From contig JAKSCU010000104.1 in the NCBI GenBank assembly GCA_022360435.1, forward strand, positions 1-57,930: a DNA stretch of 57,930 nt, read 5' to 3'. How positions within the stretch are numbered: the first letter of the stretch is position 1; every line of letters starts with the position of its first letter. This stretch comes from Bacillota bacterium. GTDB taxonomy: Bacteria; Bacillota; Desulfotomaculia; Desulfotomaculales; Desulfallaceae. Shown here one piece after another: positions 26,263-34,324 of this stretch. Under the pieces are notes generated by a model, which worked only from the letters and a program-made list of their open reading frames with translations, was not told where the DNA came from and did no database searches. A program made the position numbers and the translations under genes.

Positions 26263-27003
26263 GTGAATGACATTAAAAACCACGAAGCAAAGATACTGGA
26301 AATATTAAATACAATGACCAAGCCGCTGGGTAGCGGCCAACTCAGGGTGCTTCTTGCGCAAAAAGGTTTATTCCTGAGTGAAGCCACGGTGGGAAGGGTC
26401 CTCAGCGACCTGGATCAGCGGGTTTTGACTGAGAAATTGGGTTTTAAGGGCCGGATGATTACCGAACATGGCCGGAAAACACTGGAAAGCGTCAATATTG
26501 CCAGCCGGCAAAATTTCAACAGCAACAGGCTGCTGGAAATACTAAACTCCACCAGGCAGGAGGACCTTATTGACATGTTGAAGGCCAGGCGGGCCATAGA
26601 AAGGGAGTTGGCTCGGTTGGCTTCACTTAATGCCACTGAAAACGATATTAAACTGCTGGAAGCGGTGCTTCATGAGCAGGAACAATTGGCCCGTAACAAT
26701 GAAATGTCCGCCGAGCAGGACCTTAATTTCCATCGTTTAATCGCCACGGCGGCGAAAAATAAAGTGCTGGCCGCCGCTTTGGACCTAATACGGCAGGGCA
26801 GGCAGATGACCGACATACTGGAGTACATCAGAAAAGAGGTTAAAGGCACTTTGGCAGTGGAACACACACTGATTATGCGGGCCATCATCAGCCGGGACCC
26901 GGAAAAAGCGGAGCAGGCCATGGTGGACCACATCGAAAGTCTTATTATCGATGTGGAGAAGTACTGGAAAATAGTTAACGAAACACAAAAAGTAAAAATA
27001 TAA
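26263..27003 (+). CDS. GntR/FadR-like regulator with C-terminal FCD domain
   Basis: N-terminal winged-helix region (LSEATVGRVLSDL). FCD-type helices (ARRAIERELARLA...DLNFHRLIATAAKNKVL). Confidence 0.8.
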   Translation: MNDIKNHEAKILEILNTMTKPLGSGQLRVLLAQKGLFLSEATVGRVLSDLDQRVLTEKLGFKGRMITEHGRKTLESVNIASRQNFNSNRLLEILNSTRQEDLIDMLKARRAIERELARLASLNATENDIKLLEAVLHEQEQLARNNEMSAEQDLNFHRLIATAAKNKVLAAALDLIRQGRQMTDILEYIRKEVKGTLAVEHTLIMRAIISRDPEKAEQAMVDHIESLIIDVEKYWKIVNETQKVKI

Positions 27004-27048
27004 GAAACTGTCAACTTGATTGAATCACCGGATCATAAGGGGGCAATA

Positions 27049-27096
27049 AGAGCGAGCTGCTTTTTCCGTATTTTAAAAAGCAGCCCGCTCTTTTTT
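27049..27096 (+). terminator. Rho-independent terminator of the FCD regulator gene
   Basis: AGAGCGaGCTGCTTTTT / AAAAAGCAGCcCGCTCT stem followed by TTTTTT. Confidence 0.75.
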
Positions 27097-27242
27097 CTGT
27101 TGCTTTAAAAAATTTGCAAAAAACTTTTTATTTTAAAGAAGGATTATGAGCTATTATGTCGAATTTTAAATTAAGCTCATCAGTGATGAGGAGCCAAAGC
27201 TTTTTGTACTTTTAACACTATAATCAGTAAGGGAGTAATCAA

Positions 27243-27677
27243 ATGGGAGACCCTTATCAGGAGAAGTCTTTTGCTGAAAACCCTTATTATCGCAAAAGGG
27301 ATATTGCCGGCCGGTTGGTGGTGGTATTGAGTGGCCGGCTGGAAAACAGGGGGTTGCAGTTGATTGTTCCCATTTCCCGGGCGGTGCAAAAAAACCAGGT
27401 GCACGAGCTTATTGTAACCGATGAAGCGGCAGCCGGTCCGGGACGCCAGGTACAGAAAATAGCTTATCTTGGTTTTGTGGAGTTTTCTTCCGGCGGGGTG
27501 ATGGTGACAGGGGATGAAGTTTTCTGCGCCGGGCGTTTGCTGGGGGAAATCGCCGGGTTTGACGAGACCCATCTGCCCAACCATCTGAATATAGTCCTGC
27601 GTTCAAAAGAAAGGCGGGACGGCAGGGAACTAAAATTGGATTTGGATAGCGAAATTGTTATTAAAAAGCGTAATTGA
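27243..27677 (+). CDS. Conserved-looking small protein of unknown function (144 aa), first gene of the mutase operon
   Basis: SD AAGGGAG upstream and coherent GC3. No motif I can name. Confidence 0.6.
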   Translation: MGDPYQEKSFAENPYYRKRDIAGRLVVVLSGRLENRGLQLIVPISRAVQKNQVHELIVTDEAAAGPGRQVQKIAYLGFVEFSSGGVMVTGDEVFCAGRLLGEIAGFDETHLPNHLNIVLRSKERRDGRELKLDLDSEIVIKKRN

Positions 27678-27700
27678 GATTAAAAAAGGGGGTATTTGAA

Positions 27701-29164
27701 ATGAGTCAGTTTAAGCACAAGTTCCAAATGTACAAGCATCTACAGGCCAATATTCCCGGCATATACGCCGAGGCCAAAAAAGCGGCGGATGAAATAGGCG
27801 TCCCCGCGGAAATCAGGGGTAAGTTCGGCCTTACCGGTGCCATATCCGGTTGTCCCGCGCCGCTACGCAGGGACATTGTCGAGGCGTCGGAAAAGGGCGC
27901 CACCGAAGTGATTCCGCTGGCCAAGTTAATGGATGAAATTAGGGAAATTGTCAAGGACGTATACGGGGATGAATATGATGCGGCTGCCACCAGCACCTGC
28001 GAGGCAGCCCTGTGGGTCAGCTTCGACACCCTGTTCACCCCGCCCATGCTGGGCCGGGGCGATAACTATCACGCCAGGTACATCGCTCCCTACGAGAAGC
28101 ACCTGCACCACCAGGGCAGCTACGGGCGCCCCTTTCCGCCCCGTTTTAAAGATTTGTTTGCCGACCGGGGCTCCACCGCCGGGGAATTTGGTTTCTACGG
28201 CAAGCGCCAGAATAACCTGGAAACAGTTATTGTGCCGCTGCCCGGGGCCAGGTACGACGTGCACGGTATCAAGTACCACCCGGTGCCCCTGCTGACCGGG
28301 GTAGACCCGGAAGCGTCCCGGGAAAAACTGGAACAACTGGCCGCCAACCACGGTCCGCTGCTTACCGGAATAACATCCCTGGGTTATGACACGCCGGGTT
28401 ACGGGTACGGAATTAAGGACGCTAACGGCACACCGGTTTTACAAAAGGTTCTGGCCGGGGTGGCGAGCCGGTACGACATCCCGTACGTGGTGGATAACGC
28501 CTGGGGCCTGCCCTTCGTGGGTTTTGACCCCCGCAAAAGCGGCGCCGACGTGGTGGCCTACAGTATGGACAAGGCTACGGGGGCTGCCACCAGCGGTTTG
28601 ATTATCGGCCGGGAAGAATATCTGGTTCCCATCAGGCGAGCGCTGGGCATGCACGGTGACCGCTACGGGACCACCGCCTCTTACGGAAAGGCCGCTTATG
28701 TAACCTTTGATCCGGGCAAGGAAGCTCTTTTGACCCAGATTCAGGCGTTAAAAGTGTTGCGGGACGATCCCCAGGTGCTTACCCGCCCGGTGGACGATCT
28801 GGAGAAGATCGTAACAGAGGAATTTTCCCAGCTTCCAACCACACTCAAAAAGGGTATAATCATAAACAAGTCCTACAATTCGGGAGCGGTGGAGGTTAAC
28901 TACGAAGGGACATGGCAAGACGGTCAAATTGGCATTCCCATCTTCACCATCGAGGATATGTACGCGGGCAGCAATATACTGCAAACGGGTCTGGCCCAAA
29001 TGGGCATCATACCCACCATCGCCTATGACGCCAACATTTACATTTCTCCCGGCCTGGGCACCACCGACGATTACGGAATGGTCAAAGAGCAGGAAACCAG
29101 GTACGCAGTCCGGGGTCTGGTACGGTTAATTGAAATTGTCTGCAAGCACGCGGGATTGATTTAA
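27701..29164 (+). CDS. PLP-dependent enzyme, SelA-like fold-type I (487 aa)
   Basis: VVAYSMDKATGAATSGLIIGRE resembles the SelA/DgaE-type PLP-lysine loop (xSGDKLLGGPQAGxI). ATG 27701 has a G-rich SD upstream. Confidence 0.7.
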   Translation: MSQFKHKFQMYKHLQANIPGIYAEAKKAADEIGVPAEIRGKFGLTGAISGCPAPLRRDIVEASEKGATEVIPLAKLMDEIREIVKDVYGDEYDAAATSTCEAALWVSFDTLFTPPMLGRGDNYHARYIAPYEKHLHHQGSYGRPFPPRFKDLFADRGSTAGEFGFYGKRQNNLETVIVPLPGARYDVHGIKYHPVPLLTGVDPEASREKLEQLAANHGPLLTGITSLGYDTPGYGYGIKDANGTPVLQKVLAGVASRYDIPYVVDNAWGLPFVGFDPRKSGADVVAYSMDKATGAATSGLIIGREEYLVPIRRALGMHGDRYGTTASYGKAAYVTFDPGKEALLTQIQALKVLRDDPQVLTRPVDDLEKIVTEEFSQLPTTLKKGIIINKSYNSGAVEVNYEGTWQDGQIGIPIFTIEDMYAGSNILQTGLAQMGIIPTIAYDANIYISPGLGTTDDYGMVKEQETRYAVRGLVRLIEIVCKHAGLI

Positions 29165-29231
29165 TGTGGGATTGACTTAATGATTAACGTTCGCCTTGGT
29201 TGAAACCATAAAACAGCAAGGAGGTTGCAGG

Positions 29232-30533
29232 ATGGTAAAGATGGTAATTGCGGGCGGAGGCTGGGCCGGAACCGGGGCCGCCGTGGCGGCGGCCCAGGCC
29301 GGAGCCGAAGTAATCTTGCTGGAACGTACGGACATGCTGCTGGGCACCGGCCTGGTGGGCGGGATTATGCGCAACAACGGCAGGTTTACGGCCACCGAAG
29401 AGGCCATTTGCATGGGTATGGGGGACGTTTTCAACGTGGTGGAAATGTCGGCCAGGCACAAGAATGTTGCATTCCCGGGCCACAAACACGCCACCCTTTA
29501 TGACGTGGCCGGGATAGAACCTAACATCAAGGACATGCTTCTGAAAAAGAGGGTTGACATAAAAACGCGCAGCCGGGTCAAGGATGTGGTTGTGGAAGAA
29601 AACCGGATTGCGGCCGTGGTGCTGGACTCGGGTGAAAAAATAGAGGGAGACGTGTTTGTCGACGCCACCGGAAGCGCCGGCCCCATGGGCAATTGTACCA
29701 AGTTGGGCAACGGCTGCGCTATGTGCATCCTGCGCTGCCTGACATTTGGCGGCCGGGTCAGCTTGGCCGCCCAGGCCGGTGTTAAGGAATACGTGGGTCG
29801 CAAAGCCGACGGTTCTCCCGGCGCCATGAGCGGTTCATGCAAATTGCACAAGGAGTCCCTGGATAAGAACATTGTGGAACAGCTTGAACAAAAAGGCGTG
29901 GCCGTGATTCCCGTGCCCGAAAATTTGCGCAAGGGCAATGATATTTTGTCCAAGAAAGCTTGTCAGCAGTACGCCCTGGCCGAGTTCGCGGAGAACATTA
30001 TCCTTCTGGACACCGGGCACGCCAAACTGATGTCGCCCACCTACCCGCTGGACATGCTCAGGCAAGTGCCGGGTTTTGCAAACGCCCGTTTCGAAGACCC
30101 GTATGCCGGAGGGGTGGGCAACTCCATCAGATACTTGGCCATCTCGCCCCGGGACAACGCGTTAAAGGTAGAGGGCCTGTCCAACCTGTTCTGTGCCGGT
30201 GAAAAGGCCGGACCCATGGTGGGACACACCGAAGCCATAGTAACGGGGGCGTTGGCCGGTCACAACGCGGTGCGGTTCGGGGTTGGACAAGCGTTGCTGG
30301 AGATTCCCGCGACACTGGCCATCGGGGACTATATCGCCTACGCCAACGAACAGGTCAGGGCCGGTGACGGCCTGGAGCACAAATTTACTTTTTCCGGTTC
30401 GGTATACTTCAAGCGGATGGTGGAAAAGAATCTGTACACCACCGACGTAGCCGCCATCCGGGACAGGGTCGAGGAAGCGGGAATGGCCCGCGTGTACGCA
30501 AGGCCCCTGGTTACCAAGTCACTGGCAATTTAA
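29232..30533 (+). CDS. FAD-dependent oxidoreductase with TrmFO/GidA-like fold and a Cys cluster
   Basis: N-terminal dinucleotide fold MVIAGGGWAGTGAAVAAAQAG. Cys cluster CTKLGNGCAMCILRC. C-terminal block LFCAGEKAGPMVGHTEAIVTGALAGHNA parallels TrmFO [32 protein letters not shown] upstream of ATG 29232. Confidence 0.75.
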   Translation: MVKMVIAGGGWAGTGAAVAAAQAGAEVILLERTDMLLGTGLVGGIMRNNGRFTATEEAICMGMGDVFNVVEMSARHKNVAFPGHKHATLYDVAGIEPNIKDMLLKKRVDIKTRSRVKDVVVEENRIAAVVLDSGEKIEGDVFVDATGSAGPMGNCTKLGNGCAMCILRCLTFGGRVSLAAQAGVKEYVGRKADGSPGAMSGSCKLHKESLDKNIVEQLEQKGVAVIPVPENLRKGNDILSKKACQQYALAEFAENIILLDTGHAKLMSPTYPLDMLRQVPGFANARFEDPYAGGVGNSIRYLAISPRDNALKVEGLSNLFCAGEKAGPMVGHTEAIVTGALAGHNAVRFGVGQALLEIPATLAIGDYIAYANEQVRAGDGLEHKFTFSGSVYFKRMVEKNLYTTDVAAIRDRVEEAGMARVYARPLVTKSLAI

Positions 30534-30552
30534 CGTATTGGGGGGATGCCGG

Positions 30553-30801
30553 ATGGCTGGCCCAATGGATAGAATAATGGACGGCCTGGACATTGAAACT
30601 TTTTTAATTTGCGGCAGCGAGGAAGAAGGCCGGCGGTTGGCAATTCAACTGGTCACGGAATGGGGATTCCAGGACGTGGACATTGTTTTCGTTCAGTTTC
30701 AGGGTCCCGGGGTCAGGGTGCGGATCAGGGCGTACGTGCACCGGTCGGGTGATGTTTACGGTTGGCTGAAACCCGGCCCGGAAAAGGAAGTGGTTGTATG
30801 A
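30553..30801 (+). CDS. Small protein of unknown function (82 aa)
   Basis: Coherent coding frame. Its stop overlaps the mutase start (ATGA at 30798-30801). Confidence 0.5.
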   Translation: MAGPMDRIMDGLDIETFLICGSEEEGRRLAIQLVTEWGFQDVDIVFVQFQGPGVRVRIRAYVHRSGDVYGWLKPGPEKEVVV

Positions 30802-32618
30802 GCGGCAAGAAGGTACTGCTGTTTCCCCTGGATCCCGTGCATGACGTGGGTTTAAAAATGATCCGCCGGGGCCTTGACGATGCCGGCCACCGGACCATCC
30901 TTTTTCCCCCGGATTTGGGTGTTGAGGAAGTCGTAATGGAGGTTATGCGGTCTTCCCCCGACGCCGTGCTGATCAGCAGGACCCTGGGATACGGGGTAGC
31001 CGAGGTGTTGGCCCGGCTGGTTGACCTCCTTGACGCTGCCGACGTGCGGGAAAGAATCCTGCTGGTGGTGGGCGGCATGGCAGTCAGGCCCGAGTTGGCG
31101 GCCGAGTTGGGTTTTGATGCCGGGTTTGGCCCTGGGACTACTGTGGAAGAGGCGGTGGCCTTTGTTGAAGGCAGAGAATACACCCCGAAAAAAACCTGCG
31201 GCAAAAAAGAAAAGACGGCCATCACCAGCGGTTATACCTATAATTATTTGCATTCCGGAATCAGGGACAAGCTTAACACCGTCACGGACATGATTCTGGC
31301 CTGGGCCGAAAACAAATCTTCTCCCGGCATGCGGAGGGCCTTGGCGCGGGACGAACTTTGGGACGTGGCAAAATGGCGCAATTATGAGCCAATGACGGCG
31401 TTTTTTAATGAATATAGTCAATTATGCGAAGAATCCGCTCAACTATTTTATGCAAATCAGGTGTTTCCTTCCAAAACCAGGCGCTTTACCAGGGAAGAAG
31501 TGGTTGAGCTGGAGGATTACGTGCAGAGAACCCGGGAAAATATGATGGCGCCCGGGCTGCAGCACCAGCGCGCCAAGCCCCTGGTATTCAACCAGTACGG
31601 CACCGGGTGCCCGTTCATGGATATTGGGCACATCAAGGTTAGCGAAGCCTGGGGCGCCGACGGGGTCATTCACTTCGACCCTTCCTGGGGGGCCAGGACC
31701 GAAGGGATTTTTGACGGTTTTCTGACCCACGAGGAGGACGGGACCCTGGTGACTCCCGCCAATCTCAACCGGATAAAAATGTCCCTGGAGCCCGGCACCC
31801 AATGGCAGGTCCGGGCGCACCGGGGGTTAAACACCCCGGAAACGGTGGTGCTGGCCGGGAAGATAGGCGCCGATTTGACCAAAATCAACCTTTGCTACGG
31901 GGCCCTGGGGGCGGGCACCGACCCGGCCAGGATGACGGTGGACGGCGTGGGGGCCATCCGCTATGCCGTCAAGTACAACCTGCCTTTTGATGTGGTAACC
32001 AATGAGGAACTGTGCGGGGTTCCGGCTTACAAAGCCTTTGCGGGGATGCTGATTACCATGGACCTGGGCTTGCGCCTGGGCGGCAGACCCGTGCTCCAGC
32101 CCCTGTTCTGCTTCTCTCCGGAAGTGATGGTGGGCGGGCAGATGCGGAACAATTACGTGGAGTATAACGCGGCCAAGGTTATGGCCCTGCGTAAAATTGT
32201 TGACGCGCCTCTCTGGCCGGGGGCGCCCATCGGCTTTATGACCCATACCGAGGATCGGGTCCAATCGTCTGCCACCACCGCTTTTCACGCCTGCGCCGCG
32301 GCCATGTTAAACGTGGATGCCATTACCATCGCCTCGTCCGACGAAGCTTATTCCGGCGGGCCCATCAGCGTGCCGGCCAAAATTGACACCTTGCGGGCGG
32401 TGGGCGAGGGTTTCAGGTTCTTCGGCGGCATGGAGCTCGCCGTCACCCGGCGGACTGAGGCTTGGAGTGAAGAGATTATTTCGGGTATAGATGATGTGCT
32501 GGACAAGGTTATTGCCGCGGGCGACTTTGTTCGGGCGCTGTACGACGGGTTGCTTGGCAGCAGGGAGGACGGGGCCTATCCCGGCAGGAACGGCAGGGGC
32601 ACCGTAATCGAAACATGA
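30798..32618 (+). CDS. Single-chain cobalamin-dependent mutase (N-terminal B12-binding domain fused to a GlmE-like barrel)
   Basis: N-terminal Rossmann-like B12 domain with the DxHxxG motif (LDPVHDVGLKM) and GG loop (LLVVGGMAV). The ~450-aa C-terminal part has a block pattern resembling methylaspartate mutase E (…AITIASSDEAYSGGPISVPAK…). Confidence 0.8.
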   Translation: MSGKKVLLFPLDPVHDVGLKMIRRGLDDAGHRTILFPPDLGVEEVVMEVMRSSPDAVLISRTLGYGVAEVLARLVDLLDAADVRERILLVVGGMAVRPELAAELGFDAGFGPGTTVEEAVAFVEGREYTPKKTCGKKEKTAITSGYTYNYLHSGIRDKLNTVTDMILAWAENKSSPGMRRALARDELWDVAKWRNYEPMTAFFNEYSQLCEESAQLFYANQVFPSKTRRFTREEVVELEDYVQRTRENMMAPGLQHQRAKPLVFNQYGTGCPFMDIGHIKVSEAWGADGVIHFDPSWGARTEGIFDGFLTHEEDGTLVTPANLNRIKMSLEPGTQWQVRAHRGLNTPETVVLAGKIGADLTKINLCYGALGAGTDPARMTVDGVGAIRYAVKYNLPFDVVTNEELCGVPAYKAFAGMLITMDLGLRLGGRPVLQPLFCFSPEVMVGGQMRNNYVEYNAAKVMALRKIVDAPLWPGAPIGFMTHTEDRVQSSATTAFHACAAAMLNVDAITIASSDEAYSGGPISVPAKIDTLRAVGEGFRFFGGMELAVTRRTEAWSEEIISGIDDVLDKVIAAGDFVRALYDGLLGSREDGAYPGRNGRGTVIET

Positions 32619-33700
32619 CCGGCATCTCGCTGGGCATGGTGGGCACCGCAAAAAACACGGGTAAAACCACCACCACCATAGCGCTGCTGAACAGCTTTTA
32701 CGACCGGGGCATCCCGGTGGGGATTACCAGTATCGGTTTGGACGGCGAAACTTTAGACAACGTGACAGGTTTGCCCAAGCCCAGGCTGTTTGTGCGCAAG
32801 GGCGTGCTGGTGACAACGGCTGAAAAATGCCTGGCATTAAGCAGCGCCGCCATAAAAGTACTGGACAGGCTGGATATACGCACCCCGCTGGGGTCCTTGG
32901 TTTGTGGCCGGGTTGAGCGGGAAGGCCTGGTGGTGTTGGCCGGTCCGCCCCGCAGTAAAAATGTGCGGCAGGTTATTGAGTACCTGTGGCGGCGGGGAGC
33001 CTTAATGGTGCTGGTGGACGGGGCACTGAACAGGTTCGTGCCCCTGGCGGAAACAGACGGGCTGGTGCTGGCCACCGGCGCCGCGTACAGCCGGGAAAAC
33101 GCCGCTGTCGCACTCAACGCAGGCCAACTGGAGATGGTTTGCAGCGAGGCCATGGTTATAGACCCGCCGGAGCGGTCCACCGGCCACCGGACAATCATAT
33201 GGGACGCCGCCGGGCAGGTTCTGGCCGAAACAGCCGGTTCCCTTTTGGTGCCGGAACAGCTTATTCCGCTGGCCGGGCAAGTTCAGTCCGCTCGGGGGTT
33301 CTACAGCCCCGGAGTGGTTATGGCCGGCTGCTTGAAGCAATTATTACAATGGCCGTTTCCGCCGGCCACAACCTATATCTTTTCCGACCCGGCCAAGCTG
33401 ATAGTGGGCGGGAACCTGGAGACGGTAACCCGGTTTATTGAAACGGTGGCGCGCAGGGGTGGTGTGGTGGGTTATAAAAAAGCTTTGCCCCTGCTGGCGG
33501 CCACGGTTAATCCTTTTTACCCCAATTATCGCTGTGACACGCACCTCTACCAGCCGGCTTACGTGGACCGGGAAGAGCTTTTAAGACATGTGTCGGCAAT
33601 GGTAAAGGCGCCGGTGTTCGACGTTGCCGCGGGGGGCGGGGAGGGCCTGGCCGAGTTGCTTTTGGCCCGCTTGCGGGGCGGCCAGGCAAGAATGCAATAG
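32615..33700 (+). CDS. P-loop NTPase (DTBS/CobQ-like N-terminus), possible mutase accessory protein
   Basis: Walker A GTAKNTGKTT at residues 10-19. The start overlaps the mutase stop (ATGA). Confidence 0.65.
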   Translation: MTGISLGMVGTAKNTGKTTTTIALLNSFYDRGIPVGITSIGLDGETLDNVTGLPKPRLFVRKGVLVTTAEKCLALSSAAIKVLDRLDIRTPLGSLVCGRVEREGLVVLAGPPRSKNVRQVIEYLWRRGALMVLVDGALNRFVPLAETDGLVLATGAAYSRENAAVALNAGQLEMVCSEAMVIDPPERSTGHRTIIWDAAGQVLAETAGSLLVPEQLIPLAGQVQSARGFYSPGVVMAGCLKQLLQWPFPPATTYIFSDPAKLIVGGNLETVTRFIETVARRGGVVGYKKALPLLAATVNPFYPNYRCDTHLYQPAYVDREELLRHVSAMVKAPVFDVAAGGGEGLAELLLARLRGGQARMQ

Positions 33701-33774
33701 ACTGAATAATAAGATTACTGTTCCCGGCAAGCGGCTGAGCCGCTGCCGGTACGATTAATGCCACAGCGTAATTT

Positions 33775-33871
33775 AAAGGTTGGCCGAGCCATGGGAACGG
33801 TACCGGCGTCTCCGGAGCGCAAAGCACATGGCCGCAGAAAAGGCGCGGAACTCGTCCCCGTGGCGTAACGG
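33775..33871 (+). promoter_or_regulatory. GC-rich leader RNA motif, copy 1 (candidate cis-regulatory RNA, unclassified)
   Basis: Shares blocks AAAGGTTrGCsGAG, CCATGGG, GAGCGC-AAAGC, GGCCGCAGAAAAGG and CGTCCCCGTGGCG with copies 2 and 3. Closing helix GCCATGGGAACG (33788-33799) / CGTCCCCGTGGC (33853-33864). Confidence 0.45.
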
Positions 33872-34096
33872 AATAGCGATAATACGCTTTGCTATCGGGC
33901 AGGCCGGTTTTCTCCTGAAGCACGCGGGCTGCCGGATACCCAAGACCGGGCAAGTGTCCTTGAGGGCGAAAAAGTTGGTAACTACATTAAAAAGGGGGTG
34001 GTGGCATAATAGGCAAATTTTACTAAATTTTCTGATAAAGAATAAGGCAGGAATCGATTGTTGTGTCCGGAAACTAAGTAGAACTAGGCGTAATTA

Positions 34097-34193
34097 AAAG
34101 GTTAGCGGAGTGATGTGGGCACGATTTCGGAGTCCCGAAGCGCGAGCGGCGGGCCGCAGGGAAGACGACGAATGCGTTTCCGCGGCGCTCAAG
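34097..34193 (+). promoter_or_regulatory. GC-rich leader RNA motif, copy 2
   Basis: Begins AAAGGTTAGCGGAG like copy 1. Blocks GGAGTCCCGAAGCGCGAGC, GGCCGCAGGGAAGACG and CGTTTCCGCGGCGCTCAAG. Closing helix GTGGGCACG / CGTTTCCGC (with G-U pairs). It lies 130 nt upstream of the transporter start. Confidence 0.4.
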
Positions 34194-34324
34194 AAACACG
34201 ATATTACGCTAAGACTGGTGTCTCCTGAAAAACAGACTTGGCAAGGAGTTTGGTGTTGTGAAACACCAACCCCTAACCAATAATTCTTCAGGGATAATTA
34301 CTTAATTAATCAGGAGGTGTCTTT

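Noticed and set aside
33507-34097. ORFs 33507-33953 (minus) and 33780-34097 (plus) in the mutase-transporter spacer
   Set aside because: They have no SD and give low-complexity Arg/Pro-rich translations. They coincide with the structured leader motifs, so this is more likely RNA than protein.
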